The position numbers and the translations under genes were made by a program. From assembly GCA_964016885.1 (NCBI GenBank), contig OZ024740.1, positions 343,604,001 to 343,668,000 of the forward strand: a stretch of 64,000 bases of DNA, given 5' to 3'. Below the pieces are notes generated by a model. It searched no databases. It was not told the DNA's origin and worked only from the letters and a program-made list of their open reading frames with translations. This DNA comes from Eledone cirrhosa. Lineage: Eukaryota. Of this stretch, positions 27,119-39,716 are shown piece by piece (position 1 is the stretch's first letter; the number at the start of each line of letters is the position of its first letter).

Positions 27119-29520
27119 GTTCTTTGAGTCTCAGTCATTGATGTTAGTTAACTGGAAAGTTTGTTGAAATGAATATCAAGCCACTACCTGCAGCCTCAGA
27201 TATTCAGGACGTATCGGAGGGTTCTTGTGTTTCCAGCAGGCATGCTTTTTGAAGTGTTCCAAAAAGCGGGGTGGGGCCAATTTTCTTTAACCATCCCTGG
27301 AAACCTTTTGAGATAGTACCTAGTGCGCCTATGAATTTACTGCACTTATGGCATTCCTACTGTTTAGATGTGACTTTAATACGCTCCTTACTCTCCGAAT
27401 GTATTCAGATCTTATCAATTCCTTCATTTTTTTGTTCTTGATGTCATCAGCCTCCAGAATACCCAAATACTTCATGGCAGTTCCAAATCCTTTTTACCTC
27501 CCACTTTAAGTCCTGGTATCGGTTAATTTTCTCCCTCTCCTTCTCTTGCACTCTCGTGTCGAATGGGCAGGCCACATCCACAATCAGGCACGATCTTTTT
27601 TCCTTGTCCAAAACCACCAGGTCATGTCTATTGTGTTCCAGTTTCTTGTCCGTCTGTATCCTAAAATCCCATAGCACTTTCACCTGATCGTTTTCTATCA
27701 CCGACTCTGGCTTATGCTCATACCACTTCTCAGAATGTGGTAAATTTTTTACTTTTCATAGGTGCCAGTGGATCACCCTGCCCATCACATCATGTCTCCA
27801 GCCTTTATAGTGAGTCTGGGCTAGGTGTTTACACTCGGATACAATGTGAGCCACAGTCGTCTCTCTCTCTCCACAGATCCTGCACAGTGGGCTAGCCTCC
27901 TCCTTGTAAATATGGTGTTTCAGCCACTTCGTTTTGAGGGCCTGCTCTTGCGCAGCCATTAGCATTCCTTCTGTAGCCTTTTTAAGGTCTCCTCTTTTCA
28001 ACCAGTTCCATGTCTGCGGATCTCTGAATTCCGTTTTCTCAAAGAAGATACTATGAAGGGATTTTTCATGAAGGCTGCTCTTTCTCCTTGTTGTTATTTC
28101 CTCCTTGGACATCCCCTGGTCTATTGTCCTCTCCTTCAGTACAATTCTGAGCATTGGCTCCTTACTATCGGTCACGTATTTGTGTAGGTTGTTTTTCTCC
28201 ATCTGAACACAGTCCTCTATGCTGATAAAACCTCTTCCACCTTCAGATCTCCTTAAGTAGAGTCTATCGACATCACTCCTTTTGTGGAACATGTTGTAGA
28301 TAGTCAATAGCTTCCTAGTCTTCCTATCCATTTCTTTTTGTTCAGCAACATTCCATCTCAGAATTCCCGCACTGTACCTAATAATAGACACAGCTCGGGA
28401 ATTTACTGCGCTTATGGCATTTCTGTCCAAACAACATCTTCTGGTTGTTGTCAAAAATGCGGTTCTATCTATACTGACTGACTCTGCTCTCGTATCGCCT
28501 ACTTTTTGCACTCTTTGCTACAATGCGTTGCTTCAGTTCCTCTATGATAATATTTAGCTTTTTCCTCCTAGTTTTGTACTTTATTTCCAGTCTATTTTTA
28601 GTGTCTATGTTTTTTAGTGTCCCATTCAGTAGGGACTCAAGCTTTCCAATGTCATTTCTCATTTCCCTGATTTGACCATTCAGTCGTTTCTTCCACCAAG
28701 GTTCTTATCTTTCTTGTTTGTTGTTTCCTCTCGCTTTTATGTCAAGTAATTTCCTCACCGCATTTGCTGTTGCTTTAAGGATATTGTTGCACTGGTGAAG
28801 GCTCCCCGCCTCAAGGTATGGGATGACTTTGTTTACCTTAGCTGTTGTTTCTTTTAACTTTTTCCTGTCTACAAATCTTAGGTTCATAGGTTTCCCACTA
28901 TCATTGTTCATTTCATCTACCACTAAGTTTAGGATATCAACCAAATCTTGTCCTAGCCTGTCAGCATTCATCTCCTCAATCGCCGTATCTTTGTTCCAGG
29001 TATTATTTATTTCAGCATTCAGATCATTGTCTGCTTCGGATGGTTCCTCCGTTCTCTCGACCTCTTCACCTTCATTTCCAACTGGCTCGTTTGCCTGGCA
29101 TACTCCACTCTCCATTTCCAACCTAATCTCTCTGCTCAGTTCCTCCAGTTCCAGCTCGCTTATCCACCCATTAGTTCTTATTACCCGAGCCTGCCCGGCC
29201 AATTTTTGTTCATCTAATTTAAATAGACCAATCTCGTTCCAGATGTTATGCATCCATTTCCTATAGACTTTTTCCTTGGGGTTACTCTTCAGGTAACATT
29301 GCATAACAGTTCTATTCAATTTTTTCGTGCAGTTGGTTCTGGTCCTTTTCCTTCTTCTTCCTCCGACACCAGCAGTATTTGGTTGACAGCCAGGTCCCTG
29401 CTGCTGAGCCAGGGAGCACCTGCTGGGTGAGAGTCTGTCACATGACATTCCAGTCTCCACTTCACCGTTATTCGAACTGTTTAGGTTCGACATTGAAACA
29501 CTCTTATCGAGGATTGGTGA
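27119..29520 (-). mobile_element. R4/Dong-type RLE non-LTR retrotransposon, RT domain deleted and internally rearranged
   Basis: N-terminus VMQCYLKSNP..YRKWMHNIW..EQKLAGQARVI and EELKQRIVAK joins almost directly to the post-RT region (NSRAVSIIRYSAG, DVDRLYL.R..GGRG). Then AAQEQAL, CRICGERETTVAHIVSEC and RLE (WDFRIQTD..HNRHDLVV..IVDVACP..EK..RYQDL). (TAA)n tail. Confidence 0.88.
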
Positions 29521-30186
29521 ATGTATGGTTACATAACCACCGGTGATTTCATCACCTCCGGTGATTTGATCACCCTCGGCGATTTTAGCGTGGCACTATC
29601 ACGCTGTAGACGAACATAAATAAACAAACAAACAAATAGGTACCCCCCCCCCCAAAAAAAAAAAAAAATAAGCATACGTTTCATTGTAATGTAATGCTTG
29701 AATGTCTGACTCAGTTTTTTGGCTTGTCTGTCTGTCTGTTTGTTTTTCTTTTCTTTTTTCTTTTCTTTACGTTTTTCGTTGCTGCTGTGCTGTTTTGATT
29801 TTGATTTTTGATTTTTTGATTTTTGACCGGGTCATCAAATCAGTCTATTTATATCTTTTGATGCCTTCCTCATTTAGTGTCTTAGCAGGAGGTAGTGGGA
29901 GAGAATAGCGGCGGTAGCGATAATGAGGCAGTGGTGTGGTGATGTCATCGTAGTACTGTAGTGATGGTGTTGAAGTTGAAGTAGAAATAGAAGTTGAGGT
30001 AACTTGACTAGAGTTTTTGGCGTGGTAGTGGTGATGGTGGCGGTGGTGGCCGCTTGCTGAGGGTCAAAACTGTAATCTTATATTTCATTTGTAATAAGAA
30101 TTATTTTATCACAGTTGTTTTAAATAAGTAAAATTCAAAAACTTACGGGAGCGATTCCATAACGATATATATCCTCCATGTGCGTT

Positions 30187-30305
30187 TTCTTCTTCTTCTT
30201 CTTCTTCTTCTTCTTCTTCTTCTTCTTCTTCTTCTTCTTCTTCTTCTTCTTCTTCTTCTTCTTCTTCTTCTTCTTCTTCTTCTTCTTCTTCTTCTTCTTC
30301 TTCTT

Positions 30306-30336
<31 letters not shown>

Positions 30337-30359
30337 TTATTATTATTATTATTATTATT
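30187..30359. repeat. (TTC)~49 followed by (TTA)n
   Basis: Direct inspection. Abuts the 5' end of the Tx1 element. Confidence 0.97.
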
Positions 30360-30573
30360 GGCGACCTACATAGGAAATCGTATCATCGTGAGCTCCGCAA
30401 AGGTTTGTTGTTTTCGTTTGTTTAAAATTGCCATTTATGGAAAATGTTTGTTGTTAACTGTTTATAAGGTCACAAAATTTGCTTTCGGTAAAGGACACTC
30501 AAAAAGATTGGGGCCTTGAGCCCAAAATTTAAACTTTTATAATTATCAAACAAAAAATTTCTTTGAAAAAATC

Positions 30574-32504
30574 ATGGATGACTCACAGTCACACCTTCCT
30601 CAAAAAGTAACACCTCACACCGACACCACCATTGTAAATATTACTACGTTTGCCAACACTAAATATATAAGCAGTAGCAATAATTTAAATTTGTCTCATG
30701 TAGACATTCATTTCCCGCCATTACCAATGACTGCAGGTGTTGAAGCCGCCACCCCCACCCGACCACAGGGACAACAGAAACAAATGAAAAAAATAAATTA
30801 TCTCGTGAAATCGAAATGGATTCACTCAGAATGGACTCTTCCACACCGAACACTAGTGACGCCACCACCACCACAACTGAAACTAAAAATAACAATAACA
30901 AAAATAACAATAACAACAACAGCAACAACAACAATGAGAATAACAACAAAACCAGCGTATCTTTTGCCGAAGCAGCCAAAAAATGCGAAACAATCCAGGT
31001 AACTCAGGAAGAATTAGATGAAGCCAAGAGAATGGTAAAGAAAGATCGGTACATCACCCCCCACCTAATAAAATGGAGCATCGGCGCCTATGCACTGTGT
31101 CTTATCGGACGATTAACAGAAAATCGCGCCGAGTGGAACGGGTATCCCAGTTCCAAATCCAAAAAGCTTTGGAACATGTGTGGGCGAAAAAAACCCACAT
31201 CAGACGTGGGCAGAAATATGGAACCGTGGACGTGTTCTTTGGAACACCACAGGAGGCCAGTGAACACTCCATGGCCCCATTAAGAAGTGACGACTTCACA
31301 CTCGTCCCAAGCTATTGTGGCCAGAGACTCGTGAAGATCAGGGTGACCCACATTCCACCGCATTCGAAATTCCCTGGCTAATGGCTGACGTCCTCGCCGG
31401 TATCGAGGCCAACACCAAGATAATCGAAATAGCAAAAGAAACGCAGGAGAACTGGTCCGGATCTTGGATGGAGCTCCTGCTCCAAGCGGACTCCAAAAGC
31501 ATGGAGGAGATCCCAGAGGTAATAGACTTCACTGACGGCAGCCACCTCACCTTAATCGTCGAGGGCAGAAGGCCTAGGTGTGTCGTTTGTGGTGAAGGAA
31601 CCCACCTAAGGGTTTTCTGCCCACAGGCTAAAAGGTTGAGGCCACCTCTCTTACCCACCCCAGTGACTCAACCATCAACACCAACAGCAGCAGAAATGGC
31701 AGCAACAACTGTAGCAGCAACAACAGAAGCAACTGTAACAGCAACAACCCCAGCAACAATAGCAAAACCAACACCGCCACCACCCAACGCACCAGAACTA
31801 GCACCAGCGCCTACACCATCCACCACGCCACAACCAAAACCAACGCCTGTGAAGGATTTTCCACTCCCCGACCTATCGCAACTGGAGACAGATTGTGACG
31901 ACGAGGAGTGGGAAACGGTATCAGGAAAAAAGAAAAAAAGAAAACGAAGCCAAAAAAGAAAAAATCATCTTCCTTCCCCCTCCAAAAACAAAATACAGAG
32001 GGAAACAAATAAACTATCAAACAAAAAAGTTAGGACAGCTATGCCACCATCCACACCAGCATCACCAACCCCATCACCACAAACACCAACACCATCACCA
32101 TCATTAACCCCTAACACCACCATCACCAACACCACAAAAGTCACCAAAAAGCGAAACAGAAACAAAACCCACAACAAACGCAAACAAAACAAAACAACCA
32201 AAACGATACACACTACACAGCATTAAATTTGAACAACAACCAATTATTACACTACATCCAACACAACACCAGCATCACAGAAAAAGACTACACAACACCC
32301 CAAAAGTTCACACCACCTCCACACATACAAATCACTCGCATCACACAGAAAACGTACACGACACTAAAACAAAAATTCCTCAAAGACATCGGAGACTTCC
32401 GACAAGCACTCTCCAGGAGGATTTATAAGGACATCCTTCCGGAGGAGGCCACAAGCAGTGAAAACGATGGTGAAACCATCCTTCCAGTACGAGAAGTAAG
32501 GTAA
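30574..32504 (+). pseudogene. Tx1 ORF1 (gag-like nucleic-acid-binding protein), frameshifted
   Basis: Overlapping ORF pieces 30574-31002, 30816-31283, 31073-31381, 31315-32226 and 32229-32504. Contains CVVCGEGTHLRVFC (CX2CX4HX4C), a Pro/Thr-rich linker and the basic tract WETVSGKKKKRKR. Confidence 0.8.
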
Positions 32505-32537
32505 GTGGTCTTTCCATCTTTTCCACTCCATTTCAAC

Positions 32538-35517
32538 ATGACCTCACTCAGAATAGGCAGCATAAATGCGCGTGGCTTGGGGTCGTCATGGAAGCAGGGT
32601 TACTTGCTCAACGACCTCAGGTAACTAAACATAGATGTAGTGGCCATCAGCGAGACCAAAATCTCCGAAGCATGGGCCTTCGCACGGATCTTCGGCGGCT
32701 ACGATGTGTACGCATCTCCCAGCCGTTGTGGATCGGGGGGATGAGTTGCTGTGCTTTTTCGGAGAGATTTGGATCTCGCCATACGGGCCATCTTCCTGGA
32801 CTCAGAAGGTAAGTTGGTAGTGCTGGATGTGACCAGCGGAGACAGGCAAGCTTTCAGGCTAGTGGCCTTCTATGCCCCGACAGGAGCAGGGCGGCCTGAT
32901 TTCTTCCGGCGTCTGGAGACCTTTCTTGGAACGTCCTGCTCGTTAGTGTTAGTGGGCGACTGGAACGGGATCTTAGATGCACGCTGGGATTGTGCGGGAT
33001 TAGCAAGGGGAAGAGGGTGCAAGAGCCCCACCAACCTGCTCAGGCGTTTTGAACTGTCTGACAGGTACCGATTCTATTTCCCGAATGTGGACTTGGACAA
33101 ACCGCATAGGGTCATCCAGATCATATCTAGATAGAGTATCTTGTAGGGAAATAGATAGGTCTAGCATAGGCTGTCCACAATTCAATATAGTCAGCTACAC
33201 AGACCACAAATTCGTGATCTGTGTGCTTGACTTAGATAGGCTTCATAGACGAGGAGCCGGCTACTGGAAGCTAAACGCGTCTTTACTAGCGCGCAAGGCC
33301 TAAAGAGACCGGATTAGCGAACAAGTTAAGCGGGCGTTGACGGGGGCCATCGTCAACAACAAGTGGTGGTTTGCTCTGAAAAGAGCGATTAGAATAGAGT
33401 CCATTAGGTTTAGTAAGGCTTTAGCAATAGAGAAAACTTTAGTGTCTACCTGGACGGACTGCCGCGGCTCTCGGCCACTGAGGCGGAGTGTTGCGAAAAG
33501 CCGATAACAGCCGCTGAAGTACGGGAGGCAACGGCTGGTTGCACAAGTGGTAAATCGCCTGGTTGGATGGTCTGCTCTATGAACTTTACGTACAGATGAC
33601 AGACTTGTTCGGAGGCCTCTTGGCGGACGTCTACTGCAACTGGCAACAGAACGGGAGAATTCTCAGCTCTGTGAGCAGAGGAGCGGTGGCGCTGCTGAGA
33701 AAGGATCCGAACAAGGGAGATAACATAGATAATTTCAGGTCCATAACACTGCTAAACACAGAGATCAAGATTTTGGCCAAAGTGTTAGCAAAGAGATGGG
33801 CGCTTGTCGCTGGTGGACAGGTGGGAGAGGCGCAGACATGTGCCGTTCTCGACAGATCCATCTACGACAACCTCCACCTCATGCGATACATCGTGGAGAG
33901 GGTAGCTAGGGAACCTGGCACGGGTGGGTCCTTGAGGGCGGCTGGATCGCTGCCATGGACAGCGACATCTGCTCTGGGGTGAGAGTGAACGGCCACCTTT
34001 CAGAACCGTTCAACATCATGCGCTCGGTTCGCCAAGGGTGTTCCCTCTCGTCCCTCTTGTACGTATTGACTCTCGAGCCATTACTGCACAAACTGGAGAC
34101 GTTGAGGGGGGTCCCACGCGAACTAGGATGCGGATGATCCGTGTCAGCATATGCGGACGATGTCACCGTAGTGGTGTCGAACGCCAAACACATCGAGCCG
34201 ATCGGCACTACACTAAGAGAATACGAAGCGGTGACAGGAGCAATGATCAACCAGGAAAAGTTAGTGGACCTGCAGCTCGGCACCTGGAGAGGCAGGTCCA
34301 TGCCGTCCAACAACGTCGTCGGGCGCTGGACGGACGTAACGGTTAAATTGCTAGGGGTCTGGTTCGGTCCCGACCTCCAGACGGACAAAAACTGGGACTA
34401 GGTGACGTGCAGGGTGGCTTCTCTCACCCAGAAATGGACGGAGAGGAAGCTATCCCTGAAAGGTCGAGCGGAGGTGGCTAACGCGTACATTGCGTCCGTC
34501 ATCTACTACCGCCTGACCGTCGTACCTTGTCCTAAGCTCTGCCTGACTGCGCTGGAGCGTTTGCTCTTTCGCCTTTTGTGGAAGGGACGCGCTCCGATGG
34601 TCAGGCGGTCCATCTGCTGTCAACACCCGCTACGTCGAGGGCTGGGCATGCCGTGGCTGATGATGCGCAGACACGCGCTCAGGCTACAACAGCTCCACCT
34701 CTTCCTCGACGGTGATCAGATGTGGTCGCCGTTTGCTAGACGCGTTTTTCCCCAGCTCGTCTCCTTGACGGAGCTGCAGTCCTGGGTCAAGCGAAGACCG
34801 AGAGGGAGCGCTTGGAGACTGGAATGTCTTGAGGCGCTCACAGCCCTCGACCAGTCGGGCAATGTGATCTGTGGAAACTCCACCTTGGCGTTATATAGAG
34901 GATTAGTGAAGGGGCAGAGCGACGACGTACTTGGAGAACCTCTAGGCGTCGAAGAAAATCAACTAGCAAATCTCTTCGGAAGAACTTTCGGGCCTGGGCC
35001 TATGGACAACTTCCAGAAATCCCTGGACTGGCAGTGCTACCGAGGAGCTTTGCCAGTTCGGGATAAACTCTACAGGCATGGAGGTGCCGTCAGCCGGGCA
35101 TGTCCGAGATGCGTGCAGGGCGACGAAACCGTCCTGCACGCACTCGTCCAGTGTCCGAGCATTGCTGACTTGTGGGTTTATGTCGAACACCTGCTGTCAC
35201 GTGTAGGACGGATCCAGCTATCAGCTGAGTCCATCGTGAGGATTTTCCCGCTCTCTTCCTTTAGCCGGGAAGGGCAGGCAGTTTTTATTTGTCTGGTGGC
35301 CATGGCGAAAGAGATAGTATGCTGGACACGTTTGAAAGGGCTGAAAACGAGCACTTACCTCTTCGGTGATGCCCTGAATAACTTTTTCAAATTTCATTTG
35401 AAAAGGAAAATCAGGGTAGAGAGGGAAATGCTCTCTTCCCAGCATTTTGTTGAAAGATGGGTGAGAGAGGCAAGAATGACCCGAGCGAATGGGCCTACTC
35501 TGAGTATGTGTCTGTAA
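32538..35517 (+). pseudogene. Tx1 ORF2: APE endonuclease, reverse transcriptase, Zn finger (disrupted)
   Basis: ATG at 32538 gives MTSLRIGSINARGL. Track pieces 32751-33134, 33049-33303, 33563-33982, 33955-34137, 34141-34401 and 34402-35517 carry EN/RT motifs. The DxxKAFD block is deleted near 33930 and the EN-RT linker is shortened near 33445. Confidence 0.92.
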
Positions 35518-35796
35518 ATTAAAGGTGGAAAACTGGGAGAGGGCACTTGCCCTGGTGGTCAGGGTCACTGTGGCCTTTTAATGGGCTTTCTCCACAAATG
35601 TCCCTCGGAAGTCTCCCCCGTATTGGGGAATTTTTCATTGTTATTTTTTTTGTTACATCCTCTGTTTTTTTTTTTTTTGCACGCAGAAATGCCCATTTGT
35701 ACCGGCCTGTATTGTGCTGTACTGTCCTTAATGTCTACCCTTGTGGTTAATAAAGAAAGCATTATTATTATTTTTATTATTATTATTATTATTATT

Positions 35797-38497
35797 ACAG
35801 TTGCATTTATCTTGCTTTATGTTCATACGAGTTATCACCAAGTCACAACCAGTGACCTCAAGAGACAACAAGATCGGCCATGTTCAAGAAATAACATACA
35901 TACACACACATGCATCTTTAGGTGTTTAGACTTGTGATGCACTTATATTGACAGAATCTTCCTTAGTATCTGGGCAGTTCCCATTATTACTATCTTTTGT
36001 ATATACGCGGGTTTCCTGGGATTTGCGATAAGTAATCATTAGACCCCTTAGGTATCATTCCTAGAGCGCCTACAACCACTGGTATTGTTTTAGTTCTCAA
36101 TTTCCACATTTTTCCAATTTCTATCTCCAGGTCCTTATACTTGCTCAATTTTCAAATGTCTTTATAGATACATTCTTGTCTATTGGAACGGACATATCAA
36201 TTAGCAGGCATACCCTCTTTTTAAAGCCCTTCAGTATTATATCAGGTCTATTTGCATCTATTTTTCGGTCTGTTTGGATGCTAAAGTTCCACAAGATTGA
36301 GATGTGATCTTTTTGAAGTATGGGAGGTGGTTGATGCTCCCACCAATTCTTTTGATGAGGCAGGTCAAAATGCTTACACATTATCCAATGTATGTATTGT
36401 GCAGCTCTGTCATGCCTGTTTAGGTATTCGGTTGGAGCTATAGGACTGCACATTGAAATTATATGATCAATGGTCTCTGGTTGTTTTTTACATACACGGC
36501 ATAATGGGTTGCATCCATTTTTTATTATGTTGGCTTGGTAATTTTTTGTTGGCAGACACTGATCTTGTGCTGATATAATCAGTCCTTCAGTCTCCGATTT
36601 CAGTCCAGAGGATGCCAACCACTGATGGGTTAAAGTTTTGTCAACATCAGGATTGTTAGCTCGTTCTGGGTATTTTCCATACAGAGGCTTTTCTTGCCAT
36701 TTCTTAGCCAGTTTCTGTAGCAGTTCCTTCTTTGCAGTTACTTTTACCTGCTTTGCTTTTTCTGTGTTTTCCATTTCAGCAGTAAATGGGACTTCTGAAA
36801 TTTGTATCTTTGTGCATCTTTTGTAATGGAGTATGATCTTTTGATGCTTTCGTGTTTCAAAACGAGTTTAATCATCCAATCATGTGATTCCCTGAGATAT
36901 GTAGATAATCCAATTGTTGCAGTTTTCAACACAATATCTAACTGGATTAACCTATGTCTTCCTTCTTTCCTAGGGAGATATATTCTATCTGTATCTGCCT
37001 TAGGGTGATGCATTCTGTGCATGGTTAAGAATTTTCTAATTTTTGTATCGAGCCTGCGGATCTCTGTGCTTGACCAGCTGATGACATTGTAACTGTGGGT
37101 TATTACTGGTATGGCAAGCGTGTTTATGGTATCGATCCTATTCCTTGCATTCAATTCCATTCTTAAGATTGCTCTTACTCTGCGGTAACATTCTTTCCTT
37201 ATCCTTTCCTTATCCTTTCCCTCGAGTGCTTGATTCCGTCTCCTTCACAAACACCTAGATATTTGTAAGTTTCCTCTTGATCAAGTTCTCTTATCACATT
37301 CCCCCGATCAAGATTAATGTCTGAACTTTTCAGCAGCTTTCCTCTGGTGAACGTTGCTTTGGCGCATTTATCTTGTCCAAACTCCATTTTAATGTCATCA
37401 CTGAACTATTCCACAGTGGATAATAGCCCTTGCAATTGTTCATCATTTTTTGCAAATAGTATCAGGTCATCCATGGAGAACAAGTGATTAATGGTTTTGT
37501 CATAGACTTTATATCCATGTTTTGTTTCATTGAGCATTTTACTTAATGGTATAAGTGCGATGCAGAATAAAAGCGGTGATAAAGAGTCACCCTGAAAAAT
37601 TCCACAATTAATATTAACTTCTCCAGCTTCCAGTGATTTTGTTTCACTATTCAAAAGGAGTGTCGTTTTCCATTTCTTCATACTGAATGACAGGAACCTC
37701 CTGATAACGGGAGATATTTTGAAAATCTCTAAACATTTTTCAATCCAACTGTGTGGCAAACTATCGAATGCTTTTTTTATAATCTATCCAAGCAATTGAT
37801 AGATTTTTGTGTCTATTATGACAATCTTCCAGTATCATTTTGTTAGCCAAAAGCTGATCCTTACAGCCATATGAGCCCCATTTACACCCTTTCTGCTCAT
37901 TGGGAAATAGATCATTTGTTATCAGGTGGTCATATGTATATTCAGTTAGGTCTGATGTTAAAATGTTATACATTGTTGTCAAGCAAGTTATCGGTCTGTA
38001 ATTTTGGGGATTGTTTGTCTCATCATTCTTCGGAAGCAGGAATGTAATGCCGTTAACTAGCCATGATGGTATCTTTTGTGGCTCCTTAACTATTTCATTG
38101 TAAAGTTGGGCTAACAGCTCATGAGACTCTGTGAAGGCATTTCTCCAAAAATTTGGTATTTTGTCTTTTCCTGGGGATTTCCATTTGCTGGTTTTTCTAA
38201 GAGCCAAACGCAACTGTTCAACTGTTATATTTTCCAATATGTGTTCCTCAAGGTGAGCTGTATCTTTCATTTGTCTGTCTATCCATGGGGCATGTATATT
38301 ATGAACTTTTTCTTCGGCCCAGATCTTTTCCCAGAATTCTTGCACTTCCTCCTTGGGTGGTATTGATTTAGCAGTTATTGTTGACTTGCCAATTTTTCTG
38401 TAGAAGTTTCTTTGTTTGTTTTTGAACATATTATTGTCCTTATAGAATCTAGATCGTTTTTCAAAGCGCCTTATACGAGCAGCTTTGGCTGACACTT
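35797..38497 (-). mobile_element. 5'-truncated R4/Dong-type RLE element (RT, CCHC, RLE); a second subfamily; frameshifted
   Basis: WKSPGKDKI, NYRPITCL, EQKG, WIDYKKAFDS, GIFQGDSLSPLLF, FSMDD, YKYLGV, CRVCKKQPETIDHIISMC, NRPDII..LIDMSVP and PVVVGALG. 3' (TAA)n tail at about 35761-35797. Confidence 0.92.
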
Positions 38498-38534
38498 TTT
38501 GCTTGATTATTTCTATCAGTATGTCTATGTCACT

Positions 38535-38687
38535 CCCCCCCCTATTGGGGAATTTTTCATTGTTATTTTTTGTTACATCGTCTGTTTTTGTTTTTTACAC
38601 GCAGAAATGCCCATTTGTACCGTCCTGCATTGTCCTGCACTGTCCTTAATGTCTACTTTATGTAAACCCTTGTGGTTAATAAAGAAA

Positions 38688-38689
<2 letters not shown>
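38535..38689 (+). mobile_element. Tx1 3'UTR fragment (same subtype as 30361-35760) followed by (ATT)n
   Basis: Nearly identical to 35620-35760 (tattggggaatttttcattgttatt...cacgcagaaatgcccatttgtacc...ccttgtggttaataaagaaa). Confidence 0.88.
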
Positions 38690-38747
<58 letters not shown>

Positions 38748-38749
<2 letters not shown>

Positions 38750-39320
38750 AATTGTTTCTACTTTTGGCACAAGGCCAGCAATTACCCAGTGCATTGCTAG
38801 TACTTTATTTTATCGACCATGTAAGGATGAAAGGCAAATTTAACCTCGGCAGAATTTTAACTCAGAACGTAAAGGGCCGTAACTCTATGCTGTAAAGCAA
38901 GGTGTCTGACGCTCGACAGGTACTACCAATTCACCACCTTCTTAATAATAATTGTTTCTACTTTTGGCACAAGGCCAGCAATTACCCAGTACATTACCGG
39001 TACTTTATTTTATCGACCCCGTAAGGATGAAAGGCAAAGTTAACCTCGGCGGGATTTGAACTCAGAATGGCAAGGGCCGCAACTATGCTGGAAAGCATTA
39101 ATAATGGTGGAAGATTGGCAGTATCGGTAGAGCATCTGAAAACATGCTTTGCGGCATTGAGTTAGGGCTCTTTGTATTCTGAGTTCAAATTCTGCCGGGG
39201 TTAGCTTTCATCCTTACGGGCTCGATAAATAAAGCACCAATGATGTACTGTGGTCGATTTAATCGACTTTTCTCACCCCCCAAATTTGTTGGCCTTGGGC
39301 TTAAATCAGAGACCATTTTA
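38748..39320. mobile_element. SINE-A cluster: two minus copies then one plus copy
   Basis: Core motif on the minus strand at about 38750-38940 and 38943-39097, and on the plus strand at about 39104-39320. Confidence 0.88.
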
Positions 39321-39630
39321 ATTATCATTAATGGTAATGTTGAAGTTGCAGAATCGTTAGGCAGCCGGTAGAAATACTTTGCTGTGTCTGCCCAGACTTT
39401 AAAGTTCTGAGTTCAAATTCCTTTGTTGATGTTGCTTATATAATGATCATCATCATCATAGTATTTAAAGTCGGTTGAATGGCAGTATCCAAAGAACACT
39501 CGACAAAATAGCAAATAGAATTTACCTACAAGCTACTAAATCAGTCTAAAGAAACTATCACACCCTACTGTCGTATTGAGTACTACTCATGTTCGTTATA
39601 ACAAGCTATCATCATGCACATGCAACCCAC

Positions 39631-39680
<50 letters not shown>

Positions 39681-39685
39681 TTATG

Positions 39686-39716
<31 letters not shown>

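Larger units (their letters stand above)
30361..35760 (+). mobile_element. Near full-length Tx1/L1-clade non-LTR retrotransposon (ORF1 + APE-RT ORF2), inactivated
   Basis: 5'UTR, then ORF1 with a CCHC knuckle, then ORF2 with APE (GSINARGL, LVGDWN, SYLDR, YTDH, GYWKLN), RT (FRSITLLNTEIKILAK, VRQGCSLS, YADD, KLLGV) and a C-terminal CPRC..ETVLH..C finger. 3'UTR ends AATAAAGAAAGC then (ATT)n. Several frameshifts, stops and internal deletions. Confidence 0.93.

Noticed and set aside
28823-29266. Plus-strand 147-aa ORF
   Set aside because: Antisense shadow of the Dong-like ORF.
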